Shown in pieces: positions 27,095-37,154 of a DNA stretch of 64,000 bases; positions within the stretch are counted from its first letter, which is position 1; every line of letters begins with the position of its first letter. The stretch is from Halobacteriovoraceae bacterium (GTDB lineage: Bacteria > Bdellovibrionota > Bacteriovoracia > Bacteriovoracales > Bacteriovoracaceae), in NCBI GenBank assembly GCA_963719505.1, contig CAVRCF010000001.1:288001-352000 (forward strand). The letters are read 5' to 3'. Position numbers and translations under genes: made by a program. Below the pieces are notes generated by a model. The model saw only the letters and a list, made by a program, of their open reading frames with translations. It was not told the DNA's origin and made no database searches.

Positions 27095-27643
27095 CTATTC
27101 CTTATTTTTTAGCACTCTTAGTGCTTTCTTTTTCCGCAAACTTACTAATGCATTAGTAATCTCATAATCGATGAGAGTACTTTTTGAATACACATCTTCA
27201 ACTCTATTAACATCTGAGAGAGTTTTCAAGAGTGAAAATTCTGTTGCATCGACTTTTTCACCATTTGCAATAAAGCCGGGCTCTATAAGAATTTTTAAAT
27301 TCCCTGGTGGCTTTTGCTCTTTAGCAGACCTGTACTTTTCAACAACCTCAACAATCTTTCTTTTGAGGACACTATAAGGATAGTGAATAGTCTCAAGTCT
27401 TTGGTCTATCACTTCAGGCTCTACAATATATTTTAGGTTTTTGACATCGAACTCATCTATACACAGGTTAAAAAAACCTTTCAATGATTGAGATCCCTTA
27501 TAAGAGCAGTCAATAATCTTGCCATCTTTCAAAAATATCGAGCCTAAGATTTGAGATGTTTTAGAGTCTAAAGCGTTGACCTTTCCGGTAAACCCAACTG
27601 AGACCTGTTCATCTAAAATATAAATCAAATGCTCTTTACTCAA
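27095..27643 (-). CDS. Hypothetical protein with a DUF4388/PATAN-like N-terminus
   Basis: FTGKV...GSIFLKDGKII pattern; in an operon with mrp. Confidence 0.5.
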   Translation of the reverse strand: MSKEHLIYILDEQVSVGFTGKVNALDSKTSQILGSIFLKDGKIIDCSYKGSQSLKGFFNLCIDEFDVKNLKYIVEPEVIDQRLETIHYPYSVLKRKIVEVVEKYRSAKEQKPPGNLKILIEPGFIANGEKVDATEFSLLKTLSDVNRVEDVYSKSTLIDYEITNALVSLRKKKALRVLKNKE

Positions 27644-27645
27644 GT

Positions 27646-28800
27646 TTATTTATCCTTTTTAAATATTTTTGAAAGTAAACTCTTCTTCTTAGTATCTGAT
27701 GGGTTGAAATAACTGTCTACCTTGGAAGCAATTTCCTGATAGGCATTCCAAACTGTTTTACCTTCGAACTTATTTTGAGACATATAAGGAGTACCAAAGT
27801 CAGCTCCTTTTCTAAGTGCTAACTCTATTGGAATTTTTCCTAAATAACCAACACCCAACTCACTTGAAGCCGCCAAAACACCATTTGTTCCATAGATAAA
27901 ATGTTCTTTATCGCAGTTATCACAAATAAAAGAACTCATGTTCTCAACCATTCCCATGACATGGAGACCTAGTTTATCAAACATATGAAGTGCTTTTCTT
28001 GCATCCAAAAGGGCTATATCCTGAGGCGTTGATACAATAATAGCAGTATCAACTTCTAAGTTTTGCATCATTGAAAGTTGAACATCACCTGTACCAGGAG
28101 GAAGATCTAACAGAAGGTAGTCAAGTTCTCCCCAGTGAGTTTCAAAGAAAAATTGATTAAGGACTCCCCCAAGCATAGGCCCACGCCAAACGACAGGCTC
28201 ATCCTCATGGATAAAATTTCCAAAACTAATAAACTTAACCCCATAGTTCTCTAGAGGAATTATCTTTTTATCTTCAGTAGCCTCAGGCTTCTCTTTTCGT
28301 TTATCAAATAGCATAGGAATTGACGGTCCATAGATGTCAGCATCAATAACTCCAACTTTATGTCCAGCATTTGCAAGTGTCACAGCAAGGTTAGAGGTAA
28401 AAGAAGACTTACCAACTCCACCTTTTCCAGAGCCTATAGCAATGATATTTTTAACACCAGAGATAGGCTTTTTATCCATAACTTGTCCGTGGCCAACTTT
28501 TATTTGAGCTGGATTTTTTGCTTCCGGAACTGGTTTAGAGCCAATAGATCCATAGACCTCAGCACTTGCTTTGGACTCAGAGAGAATATAAAGATTGTCT
28601 TCATTTACGACACCCTTTAAGGCCTCTGTCATGTAGTCTTCCAGATGTTTTTTATCTGCCGGTGAAATCCCCTCTCTATTATATTTAATGTGGACGTCAT
28701 CACCTTTTTTATCAATATCTATGATTCTGTTTGATGAGCCTAGAGTCGTACCATCTTCATCAATTTTTATTGCTGATAGAATCTCTTTAATTTCGTTCAT
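27646..28800 (-). CDS. mrp: Mrp/ApbC (NBP35) Fe-S cluster carrier ATPase
   Basis: SGKGGVGKS, DADIYGPS, WRGPM, DLPPGTGD and ENMS..ICDNC. Confidence 0.95.
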   Translation of the reverse strand: MNEIKEILSAIKIDEDGTTLGSSNRIIDIDKKGDDVHIKYNREGISPADKKHLEDYMTEALKGVVNEDNLYILSESKASAEVYGSIGSKPVPEAKNPAQIKVGHGQVMDKKPISGVKNIIAIGSGKGGVGKSSFTSNLAVTLANAGHKVGVIDADIYGPSIPMLFDKRKEKPEATEDKKIIPLENYGVKFISFGNFIHEDEPVVWRGPMLGGVLNQFFFETHWGELDYLLLDLPPGTGDVQLSMMQNLEVDTAIIVSTPQDIALLDARKALHMFDKLGLHVMGMVENMSSFICDNCDKEHFIYGTNGVLAASSELGVGYLGKIPIELALRKGADFGTPYMSQNKFEGKTVWNAYQEIASKVDSYFNPSDTKKKSLLSKIFKKDK

Positions 28801-28969
28801 TTTATTCGCCTTTGATTAAATTTGCCCTTTTATACCAAAGCTCTTCTAACTTGATAATTGAAAAGGAGTGAGATTAGGTTTAAAAAGAGGACTTTTTTTC
28901 CTTATCTGGTAACAGGCTGCAACGTATATCATAATGATTTTAGTACATTAGGAACATTAGGGGTTTATT

Positions 28970-29521
28970 TTGGCCGTTTATAAAAGAACTATTTTCGTAA
29001 TTAATCCGAAATTTCAATATTACTTTGCATTTGTTATATGCTCATTGGTCTTTATCGCATCGTTGATCTACCCCATCACCATTTACGATATCTATGCAAA
29101 GGTCATCTCACAGCAGCCTGGGCAAGCCGAACAACTTACTCAAAACAGAGAAGATCTCCTTATGCTTTTGTTTGCTTTGCAAGCCGCTTTTATAGGTGTT
29201 GTTTTTGTTGTCTGTATATTTCTCTCCCACAAAATTGCCGGTCCTTTATATAAGTTAAAAAACTATCTTATCAATATTCGCTCTGGTGGAGATATCACCC
29301 CCCTCTATTTTCGAAAAGGCGACAACTTTCACGATGTGGCTGAGGAAGTTACCGAAACTATGGAATTTCTTAATACTCAAAGGGCACAGGATTTTGAATA
29401 TTTAGATGAAGTTTCATCATACATAGCAAATTTGTCCCTAGTCGTTCCAGAGGATAAGAAGCCCGTACTCAATGAAATACAGCGTAAGTTATCGGAAATT
29501 CAAAACAGGTACCAAAACTGA
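28970..29521 (+). CDS. Two-TM membrane protein with a HAMP-like region
   Basis: INPKFQ, two TM helices and SHKIAGPLYKL...FRKGD. Confidence 0.7.
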   Translation: MAVYKRTIFVINPKFQYYFAFVICSLVFIASLIYPITIYDIYAKVISQQPGQAEQLTQNREDLLMLLFALQAAFIGVVFVVCIFLSHKIAGPLYKLKNYLINIRSGGDITPLYFRKGDNFHDVAEEVTETMEFLNTQRAQDFEYLDEVSSYIANLSLVVPEDKKPVLNEIQRKLSEIQNRYQN

Positions 29522-29597
29522 CAAAGGGCTTGGCTTTTTCTATGAGAATGATACACTAAGTTACTAAGTTATTTCGATCAGTTAGCATGGAGGCTAT

Positions 29598-31541
29598 TTG
29601 ATAAAAAGATTTTTTCTTACATTTCTCATAGCAACAAGCCTGTGTTATTCGCAAGGCACTACTACGAGCACAAAAGAAGACTCTCCATACTCTACTAGTA
29701 TTAATTTAAACATTAAAAAACAAGATCTTGATGCTGCTAAAGAGTTGGCCAAGTTGAAATATCAGGTCAATAGTAATTCTGCCAAGCTTGAGCTTGCAAA
29801 ATCAACGTTAAAGGCGATTAAGAGTAGAAAGATATTTAGCCATTTCATCCCTTGGAACGAATCCGTTATCAAGGTTCTTTCAGAAAATAAAGCGGCTAAG
29901 CACTTTAAGCTTTGCCAAGTTATAGACTCAGAGCTTACGAGATTTTGTCTTGAAACCTTTTTTGATAAATATAGTAAAACAGATCTGAGCCACTATTTTG
30001 ACAGCAGCACGAGCTTTATCTTATCAAACATGAAAGCGAAAACACTTTCAAACTTTCTTAAAAATGCAAAAGAGATTAAAAAGATATCTCAGTCTTTTTT
30101 GAATGAGTTTAAAAGTGACCCTAAGTTAATGAACAGGTTAATTATTCAAAACCTTTACCATAGTAAAGAGTTAACTCTTTTAGTACAAAAGTCTAAGTTC
30201 TTTGAGTCAAACTATATTTTTAAAAAGCTCGTAAGAACCAAGATTAATGACATTTACTTGCGCCTGGATGAAAATAAAGAGTACAAAGAAAAGTTAACTG
30301 AGCTTCTTCAATACACAAAAGATATCCATCAAGACGTAAACACTCAAATTATTTACAAGTCTCTTTTTGTTATGGGTAAAACATTTAGCCAAAAGAAGGA
30401 TTTTAAATCCGCTAGGATCGTTTTCTCAACGCTAATGGATCTGGGGCTTGGAAGTCGCTCATCTTTGTATTTCGAAAGTATGTGGAGCTATATCCTTGAA
30501 GGTAAACTTGACGACGCATTTGAAATCTATGCAGAAGACGAAGCAATCCTAAGCGAGATGAAAAGTTTTGAAGATGATCGAATTAATTTTTGGCTTGCAC
30601 ACTTATATGGAGAAAATGGAAAAGAGAGTAAAGCTCACGAGCTCTATAAGAAAATTATCTACGACTCTCCTCTTTCCTACTATTCAATCATGAGTGCTAA
30701 AAAGCTAAGTAAATCAAAAGACGTCGACTTTACTGACTCATACCTCAGTAACCTAAAGAACAAAGAGTTAAAGACCAACCCTATTATTACCTATCATGAG
30801 GATGAAACTGACAAGCTCCTCAGAATAAAGATTTGGGATAAAATTCGGGCAAGACAACTTTTGAGAAAAGAGAAGAACCTCTATCTAAAGGGCGGGTTTA
30901 CGAATCCGTATTTAAAAATATCAAAATTTTTCTATGATGATGGAAACTACCTGGAAGGCTTCAAATCTATATACAGAGGAATCAATGTCAATGTAGAGAC
31001 ACTCAATCCTTTAAGCTTGACCTATTTATATCCAACGCAGTACCTCGATCGTTTACAAAAAGTTTCCTCGGATTTTGATCCTATTATTGCCCTCTCGCTC
31101 ATCAGGCAGGAGTCGGCTTTTAATGAACGGGCTAGAAGTCATGTGGGAGCGAGAGGTTTAATGCAAATCATGCCCAACACCGGTAAGAGATTTCACCGCT
31201 CTCTTAGAACACACCAGTTGTACAATCCAAAAGTTAATATCAAAATTGGAACTAAATATTTAAAAAAGTTACTCAATCGGTACGACGATAACTTAGTCTA
31301 CACTCTTGCCGCTTACAATGCTGGAGAATCAAGAGTTAAGCGCTGGAAGAGAGATTTATTTAACGATGATTCAATTCTAGAGAATATTGAAAAAATTCCA
31401 TTTCTTGAAACGAGAAAGTACGTAAAGTTGATTTTTAGAAATATATTCTTCTATAAACTTTTGAATAAAAATCAAAAAGCCAGCAGAGCGCTGGCTTCAA
31501 ATGATCAAAATTATCTCTACGATGTGTACTTGGGTTTTTAA
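29598..31541 (+). CDS. Soluble lytic murein transglycosylase, Slt family
   Basis: IRQESAF, GARGLMQIMP, AAYNAG and IPFLETRKYV. Confidence 0.92.
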   Translation: MIKRFFLTFLIATSLCYSQGTTTSTKEDSPYSTSINLNIKKQDLDAAKELAKLKYQVNSNSAKLELAKSTLKAIKSRKIFSHFIPWNESVIKVLSENKAAKHFKLCQVIDSELTRFCLETFFDKYSKTDLSHYFDSSTSFILSNMKAKTLSNFLKNAKEIKKISQSFLNEFKSDPKLMNRLIIQNLYHSKELTLLVQKSKFFESNYIFKKLVRTKINDIYLRLDENKEYKEKLTELLQYTKDIHQDVNTQIIYKSLFVMGKTFSQKKDFKSARIVFSTLMDLGLGSRSSLYFESMWSYILEGKLDDAFEIYAEDEAILSEMKSFEDDRINFWLAHLYGENGKESKAHELYKKIIYDSPLSYYSIMSAKKLSKSKDVDFTDSYLSNLKNKELKTNPIITYHEDETDKLLRIKIWDKIRARQLLRKEKNLYLKGGFTNPYLKISKFFYDDGNYLEGFKSIYRGINVNVETLNPLSLTYLYPTQYLDRLQKVSSDFDPIIALSLIRQESAFNERARSHVGARGLMQIMPNTGKRFHRSLRTHQLYNPKVNIKIGTKYLKKLLNRYDDNLVYTLAAYNAGESRVKRWKRDLFNDDSILENIEKIPFLETRKYVKLIFRNIFFYKLLNKNQKASRALASNDQNYLYDVYLGF

Positions 31542-32651
31542 TTAAACATTAAACCTAAAGTGCATAACATCGCCATCTTTTACAACGTATTCTTTTCCTT
31601 CCATCTTAAGCTTTCCAGCCTCTTTTAACTTTGCTTCTGTCTTTAATTCAAACAGATCATCACAATGATAAACATCAGCTTTAATAAATCCTTTTTCAAA
31701 GTCAGTGTGGATTACACCCGCACATTGAGGAGCCTTCATTCCCTGGGTAAATGTCCAAGCTCTGACTTCTTTTTCACCGGCTGTGAAATAAGTTTTTAAG
31801 CCTAAAATTTTATAACCAGCTTTAATAAGGAGATTAAGACCAGACTCTTTTAACCCCATATCGGCCAAAAATTCTTTTTTCTCTTCATCGCTTTCAAGTT
31901 GAGCAATTTCTGATTCTATCTTTCCGCAAATTTTTACAACACTTGCGCCTTCTTTTTGAGCAACTTCTCTTACAGCTTTAACATGATCGTTATCTTCGTG
32001 TATCCCATCTTCGTCTACATTACACACATAGAGCATCTCTTTTAAAGTGATGAGGTGAAGGTCTTTAACAAGGTCTTTTTCCTCATCGGAGAGATCTAAC
32101 TCTCTTGCTGCTGTTCCGTTTTCAAGAGCTGCTTTTAATCTATCAAGCACAGGAGCTGCAGCTTGAGCATCAGCTTTTACTTTTTTATCATTTGATTTTA
32201 AAAACCTACTAAGGTTGCTAATTCTTTTCTCTACACTCTCCAAGTCGGCAAATGCTAATTCGATATTGATAACTTCTATATCTGAAGCAGGATCAATCTT
32301 TCCATCTACATGAATAATATCTGTGTCATCAAAACATCTTACAACATGTGCAATCGCTGCCACTTGACGAATATGTCCTAAGAACTGATTTCCAAGTCCC
32401 TCACCTTTTGAGGCACCCTTTACCAGTCCTGCAATATCCTTAAACTCCATGGCTGCAGGTATTATACTCTTTGGCTTAACAAGTTCAGTAATCTTATTCA
32501 TTCTCTCATCAGGAACATTGACGATTCCGATATTGGGCTCGATAGTACAAAACGGGTAGTTTGCCGCTTCTGCTGGAGCACTCGTTATTGCTTGAAATAT
32601 AGTTGATTTTCCAACGTTGGGTAATCCAACGATTCCTACATTTAATGCCAT
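31542..32651 (-). CDS. ychF: Redox-regulated ATPase YchF
   Basis: GIVGLPNVGKST, ANYPFCTIEPN and GDVMHFRFNV. Confidence 0.98.
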   Translation of the reverse strand: MALNVGIVGLPNVGKSTIFQAITSAPAEAANYPFCTIEPNIGIVNVPDERMNKITELVKPKSIIPAAMEFKDIAGLVKGASKGEGLGNQFLGHIRQVAAIAHVVRCFDDTDIIHVDGKIDPASDIEVINIELAFADLESVEKRISNLSRFLKSNDKKVKADAQAAAPVLDRLKAALENGTAARELDLSDEEKDLVKDLHLITLKEMLYVCNVDEDGIHEDNDHVKAVREVAQKEGASVVKICGKIESEIAQLESDEEKKEFLADMGLKESGLNLLIKAGYKILGLKTYFTAGEKEVRAWTFTQGMKAPQCAGVIHTDFEKGFIKADVYHCDDLFELKTEAKLKEAGKLKMEGKEYVVKDGDVMHFRFNV

Positions 32652-32662
32652 TATTTTCTCCG

Positions 32663-33238
32663 TTACTTTATTTCTAAAAAGTTTTTCTTATTATATTTTG
32701 TTGCGGCTTTCATGCCGTCTTTTAAAAATGCGCTTAAGGCTTCATCGCAGTTTTTCATAACGATATCAAGTTCTGTCTGCTGATCACCACTAAATTTTCC
32801 CAATACCCAACTCGAGACACTTCCATGGACTGGTCTTCCGATACCAATTCTCATTCTAAAAAAATCCTGAGACCCCATATGAGAAGTAATAGACTTTAGA
32901 CCATTGTGTCCGGCAAGTCCTCCACCTTTTTTAAATTGTATCTGCCCAAAGGGAAGATCTAGCTCATCTTGTAAAACTAAGATTTCAGAGGCTTCTATTT
33001 TAAAAAACTTGCACAGTGGGCCAACACTCTCTCCGCTCAAATTCATGTATGTATTTGGTTTTAAAAAATAGACTTTTTCACCAGCAATGGTCTTTTCAGT
33101 GTAATGCCCTTTGAACTTGGCTTTCCAAAAGGTTCCATCCAAAAGGCTACACGTGTCCAGTAGAATCCAACCAATATTGTGGCGAGTATTCTCGTATTCA
33201 ATTCCTGGATTTCCGACACCAACTACAAGTTTAATCAT
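32663..33238 (-). CDS. pth: Peptidyl-tRNA hydrolase
   Basis: GNPG..Y..TRHNIG, YMNLSG, GHNGLKS and RIGIGRP. Confidence 0.97.
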   Translation of the reverse strand: MIKLVVGVGNPGIEYENTRHNIGWILLDTCSLLDGTFWKAKFKGHYTEKTIAGEKVYFLKPNTYMNLSGESVGPLCKFFKIEASEILVLQDELDLPFGQIQFKKGGGLAGHNGLKSITSHMGSQDFFRMRIGIGRPVHGSVSSWVLGKFSGDQQTELDIVMKNCDEALSAFLKDGMKAATKYNKKNFLEIK

Positions 33239-34179
33239 ACGAATAGGGAACTTACCGAGTCGTGGTTGAAAGTGCGCTGAATGGCTTTAGATAAGATATC
33301 TGCAGTCGATAGAACGTGGATTTTTGAAACTGTTTTACACTGTTCACAAAGAGGGATTGTATCCGTCACAATAACAGCTTCGAGTTCAACGCAAGAATTT
33401 ATTCTCTCAGCTGCTGGACCACTAAAAATACCATGTGTTGCAAAAGCATAAATTTTATTTGCACCATGCTCTCTCAAAGTTTTTGCAGCTTCTACTAGAG
33501 TGCCTGAAGTATCAATTATATCGTCAATAATACAAACATTCTTACCCTTTACATCACCAACAATATTCATCGCCTTGGCAACATTTGGACTTGTTCGTCT
33601 TTTATCAATCATGGCGATATCAGTATGCAGTCTTTTCGCGTACCATCTCACTCTCTCAACACCACCAGCATCAGGCGAGACCATCATAAGATTTTCTGGA
33701 TCCACTTCATTTTGAATATAGTCTAGAAAAACAGGTGACGCATAAATATTATCAAAAGGAATATTAAAGAACCCTTGAATTTGCCCTGCGTGAAGATCCA
33801 TTGTAATGACACGAGTAGCACCAGCTGCAGTGAGCATATCGGCTACAAGTTTTGCCGTTATAGGTGTTCTTGGGCTGGCTTTTCTATCTTGTCTGGCATA
33901 ACCGTAATGAGGAATTACAGCTGTAATTGATTCGGCCGATGCTCTTTTCAAAGCATCGATCATAATTAGCAACTCCATTAGGTTGTCATTGACTGGAGAA
34001 GAAAGTGTTTGAATTAAGAAAACGTCCGCACCTCTAACATTTTTTTCAATCTCACAATAAATTTCTCCATTAGCAAACTTTAACAGTTGTGGATCAACGA
34101 GTGGAACTTCTAAAAATGATGAAATTTTATTAGACAACGAGGGATTTGATGAACCAGACACTAGAACTAAACGTCGCAA
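33235..34179 (-). CDS. prs: Ribose-phosphate pyrophosphokinase
   Basis: YARQDRK, DLHAGQIQGFF, SPDAGGVER and DDIIDTSGTL. Confidence 0.98.
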   Translation of the reverse strand: MRRLVLVSGSSNPSLSNKISSFLEVPLVDPQLLKFANGEIYCEIEKNVRGADVFLIQTLSSPVNDNLMELLIMIDALKRASAESITAVIPHYGYARQDRKASPRTPITAKLVADMLTAAGATRVITMDLHAGQIQGFFNIPFDNIYASPVFLDYIQNEVDPENLMMVSPDAGGVERVRWYAKRLHTDIAMIDKRRTSPNVAKAMNIVGDVKGKNVCIIDDIIDTSGTLVEAAKTLREHGANKIYAFATHGIFSGPAAERINSCVELEAVIVTDTIPLCEQCKTVSKIHVLSTADILSKAIQRTFNHDSVSSLFV

Positions 34180-34201
34180 AGTCGTTCTCCTCTATAGAAA
34201 G

Positions 34202-34276
34202 TGGCAGGGGTAGCTGGGATCGAACCAGCGCATATCAGGATCAAAACCTGATGTCTTACCACTTGACGATACCCCT
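34202..34276 (-). tRNA. tRNA-Gln (TTG)
   Basis: Minus strand AGGGGTA...TCAGG-TTTTGAT-CCTGA...GGTTCGATCC...TACCCCT-G-CCA; canonical position upstream of prs. Confidence 0.96.
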
Positions 34277-34402
34277 ACAAACGTTTCTAAAAATATACGG
34301 ATTCGACCTAAAAATGGCAAGAGATAACTTTAGGAAATTGTTAAATTGGTGCTATAATATTTCAGTTATAAATTTTATGGCGCAAAGCTAAAAGAAGAGA
34401 CT

Positions 34403-35191
34403 ATGATCGTTTGGGACATTGATCCAGAAATATTTAGAATAGGGCCTATAGCCATTAGATACTATAGTCTCGGATTTGTGCTCGCATTTATTTTAGGTGA
34501 AAAGTACGTCTATAGTATTACAAAAGTGAAATTCAACTGGTCAGAAAAAGAAATGTCCTCATATTTAGCTTATCTTATTGGTGGGACATTTATTGGGGCA
34601 AGGCTTGGCCATGTTTTATTTTACCAACCAGAATACTATCTCTCTAACCCTCTAGAAATATTTCAAGTTTGGAAAGGTGGGCTCGCAAGTCACGGTGGCT
34701 ATGTTGGAGTACTCATCGCAGTATGGCTTTATATAAAGAAATTTAAAAACATTACCTATCTTCAGAGTATGGATATTGTTGTCGCTCCATGTTTATTTGC
34801 AGGTTCGCTTATTCGTCTAGGCAATCTAATGAACTCTGAAATTGTTGGTCACAAAACAGACGTTGCTTGGGCTTTTGTCTTCAAGCGCGTTGACCTCATT
34901 CCAAGGCATCCTTCGCAGATCTATGAGTTTCTTGGCTATTTCACAATCTCAGTCATCCTTTGGCAACTTTACAAGCGCTTTGGTGACACATGGAAAAGTG
35001 GAAGAATTTTAGGATTTGCCATGTGGCTGAGTTTTTCATTTAGAATCTTCGTAGAAACATTTAAAGAGAATCAAGTCATGTTTGAAAATGAAATGTTTCT
35101 TAATATGGGCCAACTTCTCTCAATTCCCTTTATCATCGTGGGACTAATCATGGCTTTTGATCTGGGTGGAAAGCTTAAACATCAGTCGTGA
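34403..35191 (+). CDS. lgt: Prolipoprotein diacylglyceryl transferase
   Basis: GARLGHVLFY, GGLASHGG, RLGNLMNSE and RHPSQIYE. Confidence 0.96.
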   Translation: MIVWDIDPEIFRIGPIAIRYYSLGFVLAFILGEKYVYSITKVKFNWSEKEMSSYLAYLIGGTFIGARLGHVLFYQPEYYLSNPLEIFQVWKGGLASHGGYVGVLIAVWLYIKKFKNITYLQSMDIVVAPCLFAGSLIRLGNLMNSEIVGHKTDVAWAFVFKRVDLIPRHPSQIYEFLGYFTISVILWQLYKRFGDTWKSGRILGFAMWLSFSFRIFVETFKENQVMFENEMFLNMGQLLSIPFIIVGLIMAFDLGGKLKHQS

Positions 35192-37074
35192 CAATAAAGC
35201 TCGTAGAGCTGCTTTCCCCGATAAAGTTGGAAGTTTTGAAAGATTCTAAAAGCACTGGTGGCACCTGCTAAACGAAGTGTTTTTCCCGCTCTTTGTGAGT
35301 CTACGCCATACCAAATCGCATAAAAAACCTTACCATCAAATGCAACATACCAATTATCGAGTCCCTTATTAGTTGTTCCCGTCTTTCCAAACATCATAAT
35401 CTCTTTAATAGCACCCAGTGAAACTCTAGAAATAGTTGTCTCTTTTGCATTAGACATTTCAAAAAGGATTGAGTCTTCAAATGTATACTTTCCAGATTTT
35501 ATATTTTCACATGTTTTTTTAAAGTACTTTAAATAGGAGAAAGACAAGTCTCCCAAGGACATCTCTATCGCCCCTAGTAGTTGTGCTGGATACTCAGCCA
35601 GTGGAGTTAAAAGTTCGGGAAAGTAATTCAACAGCTTTGGCTCTAATTTTTCAAAGCCCACTTCGGCCGCGGTCCTAATGAGGGGAATATTTTTTGATTT
35701 TTTAACTGCGTAACGAAGGTCTACCTGGGGCTCATGAACGGCAGAGCCATCTTTTGGAGTCCAGTTACCTGAGACCAACTTTAAAGTGATAGGGCTAGTC
35801 GAAACCTTGTCATTCAAACTCTTTCCAAGTTCAATTAATTGTTCGTAAATGATCGGCTTTAAAACACTTCCAACTTGATGTTTCTCTTCAAATATCGCCC
35901 TCTCCAAATCTCTTTCATTTTTGGAGTAATAGTAAAAGCTATTAGGACAAGTTTTATCAATACAATTAATATCAATAGCAATGAACTTAGTTGCGACATC
36001 TAAGTCTTTCGTTTGCTTGACCAAAAGATCATTTATTTTTTTAACGGACTGATAAAAAACATATTTTTCAAAGGGCTCTAAATAATTATTTAAAGTTTTG
36101 CTTAAAAAATAATATGACTTTAAAGAAGAGCCTTCATTTTTTAAGGTGAGAGACTTAATCCACTCTGCCCAAGAGGTTTCATCCCAACGACTTGAGCTTT
36201 TATCGCCGACCAATGAGAGTTCTGATAATCGCTTGTAAACGATTCCAGTTCTTCCCTGAAGTCTTTCAAAGTGTCGAAAAGGACTATAAAAATAAGGTCC
36301 CTTTAACATTCCGATTAACATTGAAGCCTCAAAGTCAGTAAGGTTCTTGGGCGACTTATTAAAGTAGGCCATTGATGCGGCTTTAATGCCCTTGATATAA
36401 ACTCCATCAACGACACCCCAAAAGATCTCATTAAAGTAAGTTGTTATGATCTCCTCTTTGGAAAGCTTATACTCAATATAAAAGGCATAAACCATCTCTC
36501 TAAGCTTGCGTTCAAATCTCTTTTCATTTGTCAGAAAGAGGTTTTTCGCCAACTGCATAGTCAGTGTTGATCCCCCTTGAACTTTTTTCATCGCTTTGAC
36601 ATCAGCAACAAAGGCTCTCAGAAGGGACCTATAGTCGACTCCATCATGCTCTAGAAAACGATAGTCCTCTATACCGATGAGGCCCTTCCATAGAAGTGGA
36701 GAAATATCATCGAAGCTTGTGTTGAACTTTATACAATTATATCTTTTGCAATCATTCTTTATAAGCTTTGGAAGGATGATTTCTTTATTCACTAAATAAT
36801 TAGAACCTTGGCCCTTTAAGGAGTCATCGGCAAACAGACCATCAAGGAAATTCTTCTTTGATTTTATATTTGTGAAATTGAGATAGTCTTGTAGATCAGT
36901 CTTTTTGACTAAAGTACCTGACTCAAGAGTGGACTCCCCTTTTGTTTGTTCTGAGTAAGTGACTTCAACTTCTGTAAGTTTTTGGTGGACTTCGCTGATA
37001 ACGACGCTGACATAGACAACGCCTATCAGCACAAAAAGTCCAACACACCACAGAATAATTTTAATTGCCTTCAT
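35182..37074 (-). CDS. Class A penicillin-binding protein (transglycosylase/transpeptidase)
   Basis: EDYRF.EH.G, QGGSTLTMQLAKN and RKLRE; transpeptidase motifs SVLK, SKN and KTG. Start taken at MKAIKII. Confidence 0.9.
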   Translation of the reverse strand: MKAIKIILWCVGLFVLIGVVYVSVVISEVHQKLTEVEVTYSEQTKGESTLESGTLVKKTDLQDYLNFTNIKSKKNFLDGLFADDSLKGQGSNYLVNKEIILPKLIKNDCKRYNCIKFNTSFDDISPLLWKGLIGIEDYRFLEHDGVDYRSLLRAFVADVKAMKKVQGGSTLTMQLAKNLFLTNEKRFERKLREMVYAFYIEYKLSKEEIITTYFNEIFWGVVDGVYIKGIKAASMAYFNKSPKNLTDFEASMLIGMLKGPYFYSPFRHFERLQGRTGIVYKRLSELSLVGDKSSSRWDETSWAEWIKSLTLKNEGSSLKSYYFLSKTLNNYLEPFEKYVFYQSVKKINDLLVKQTKDLDVATKFIAIDINCIDKTCPNSFYYYSKNERDLERAIFEEKHQVGSVLKPIIYEQLIELGKSLNDKVSTSPITLKLVSGNWTPKDGSAVHEPQVDLRYAVKKSKNIPLIRTAAEVGFEKLEPKLLNYFPELLTPLAEYPAQLLGAIEMSLGDLSFSYLKYFKKTCENIKSGKYTFEDSILFEMSNAKETTISRVSLGAIKEIMMFGKTGTTNKGLDNWYVAFDGKVFYAIWYGVDSQRAGKTLRLAGATSAFRIFQNFQLYRGKQLYELYCHD

Positions 37075-37154
37075 ATCATTGCCAGTGTTTAAGGAATTGA
37101 ATATTATTTCCTTCAACTTTATACAATACAACTTAAAATATACAGGAGCTTTTT

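Noticed and set aside
29551-29580. Sigma-28 promoter upstream of slt
   Set aside because: TTCGATCA is a weak -10 match and no TAAA lies at the right spacing.
34146-34391. 81-aa plus-strand ORF
   Set aside because: It lies antisense across tRNA-Gln and the prs start, so it is spurious.
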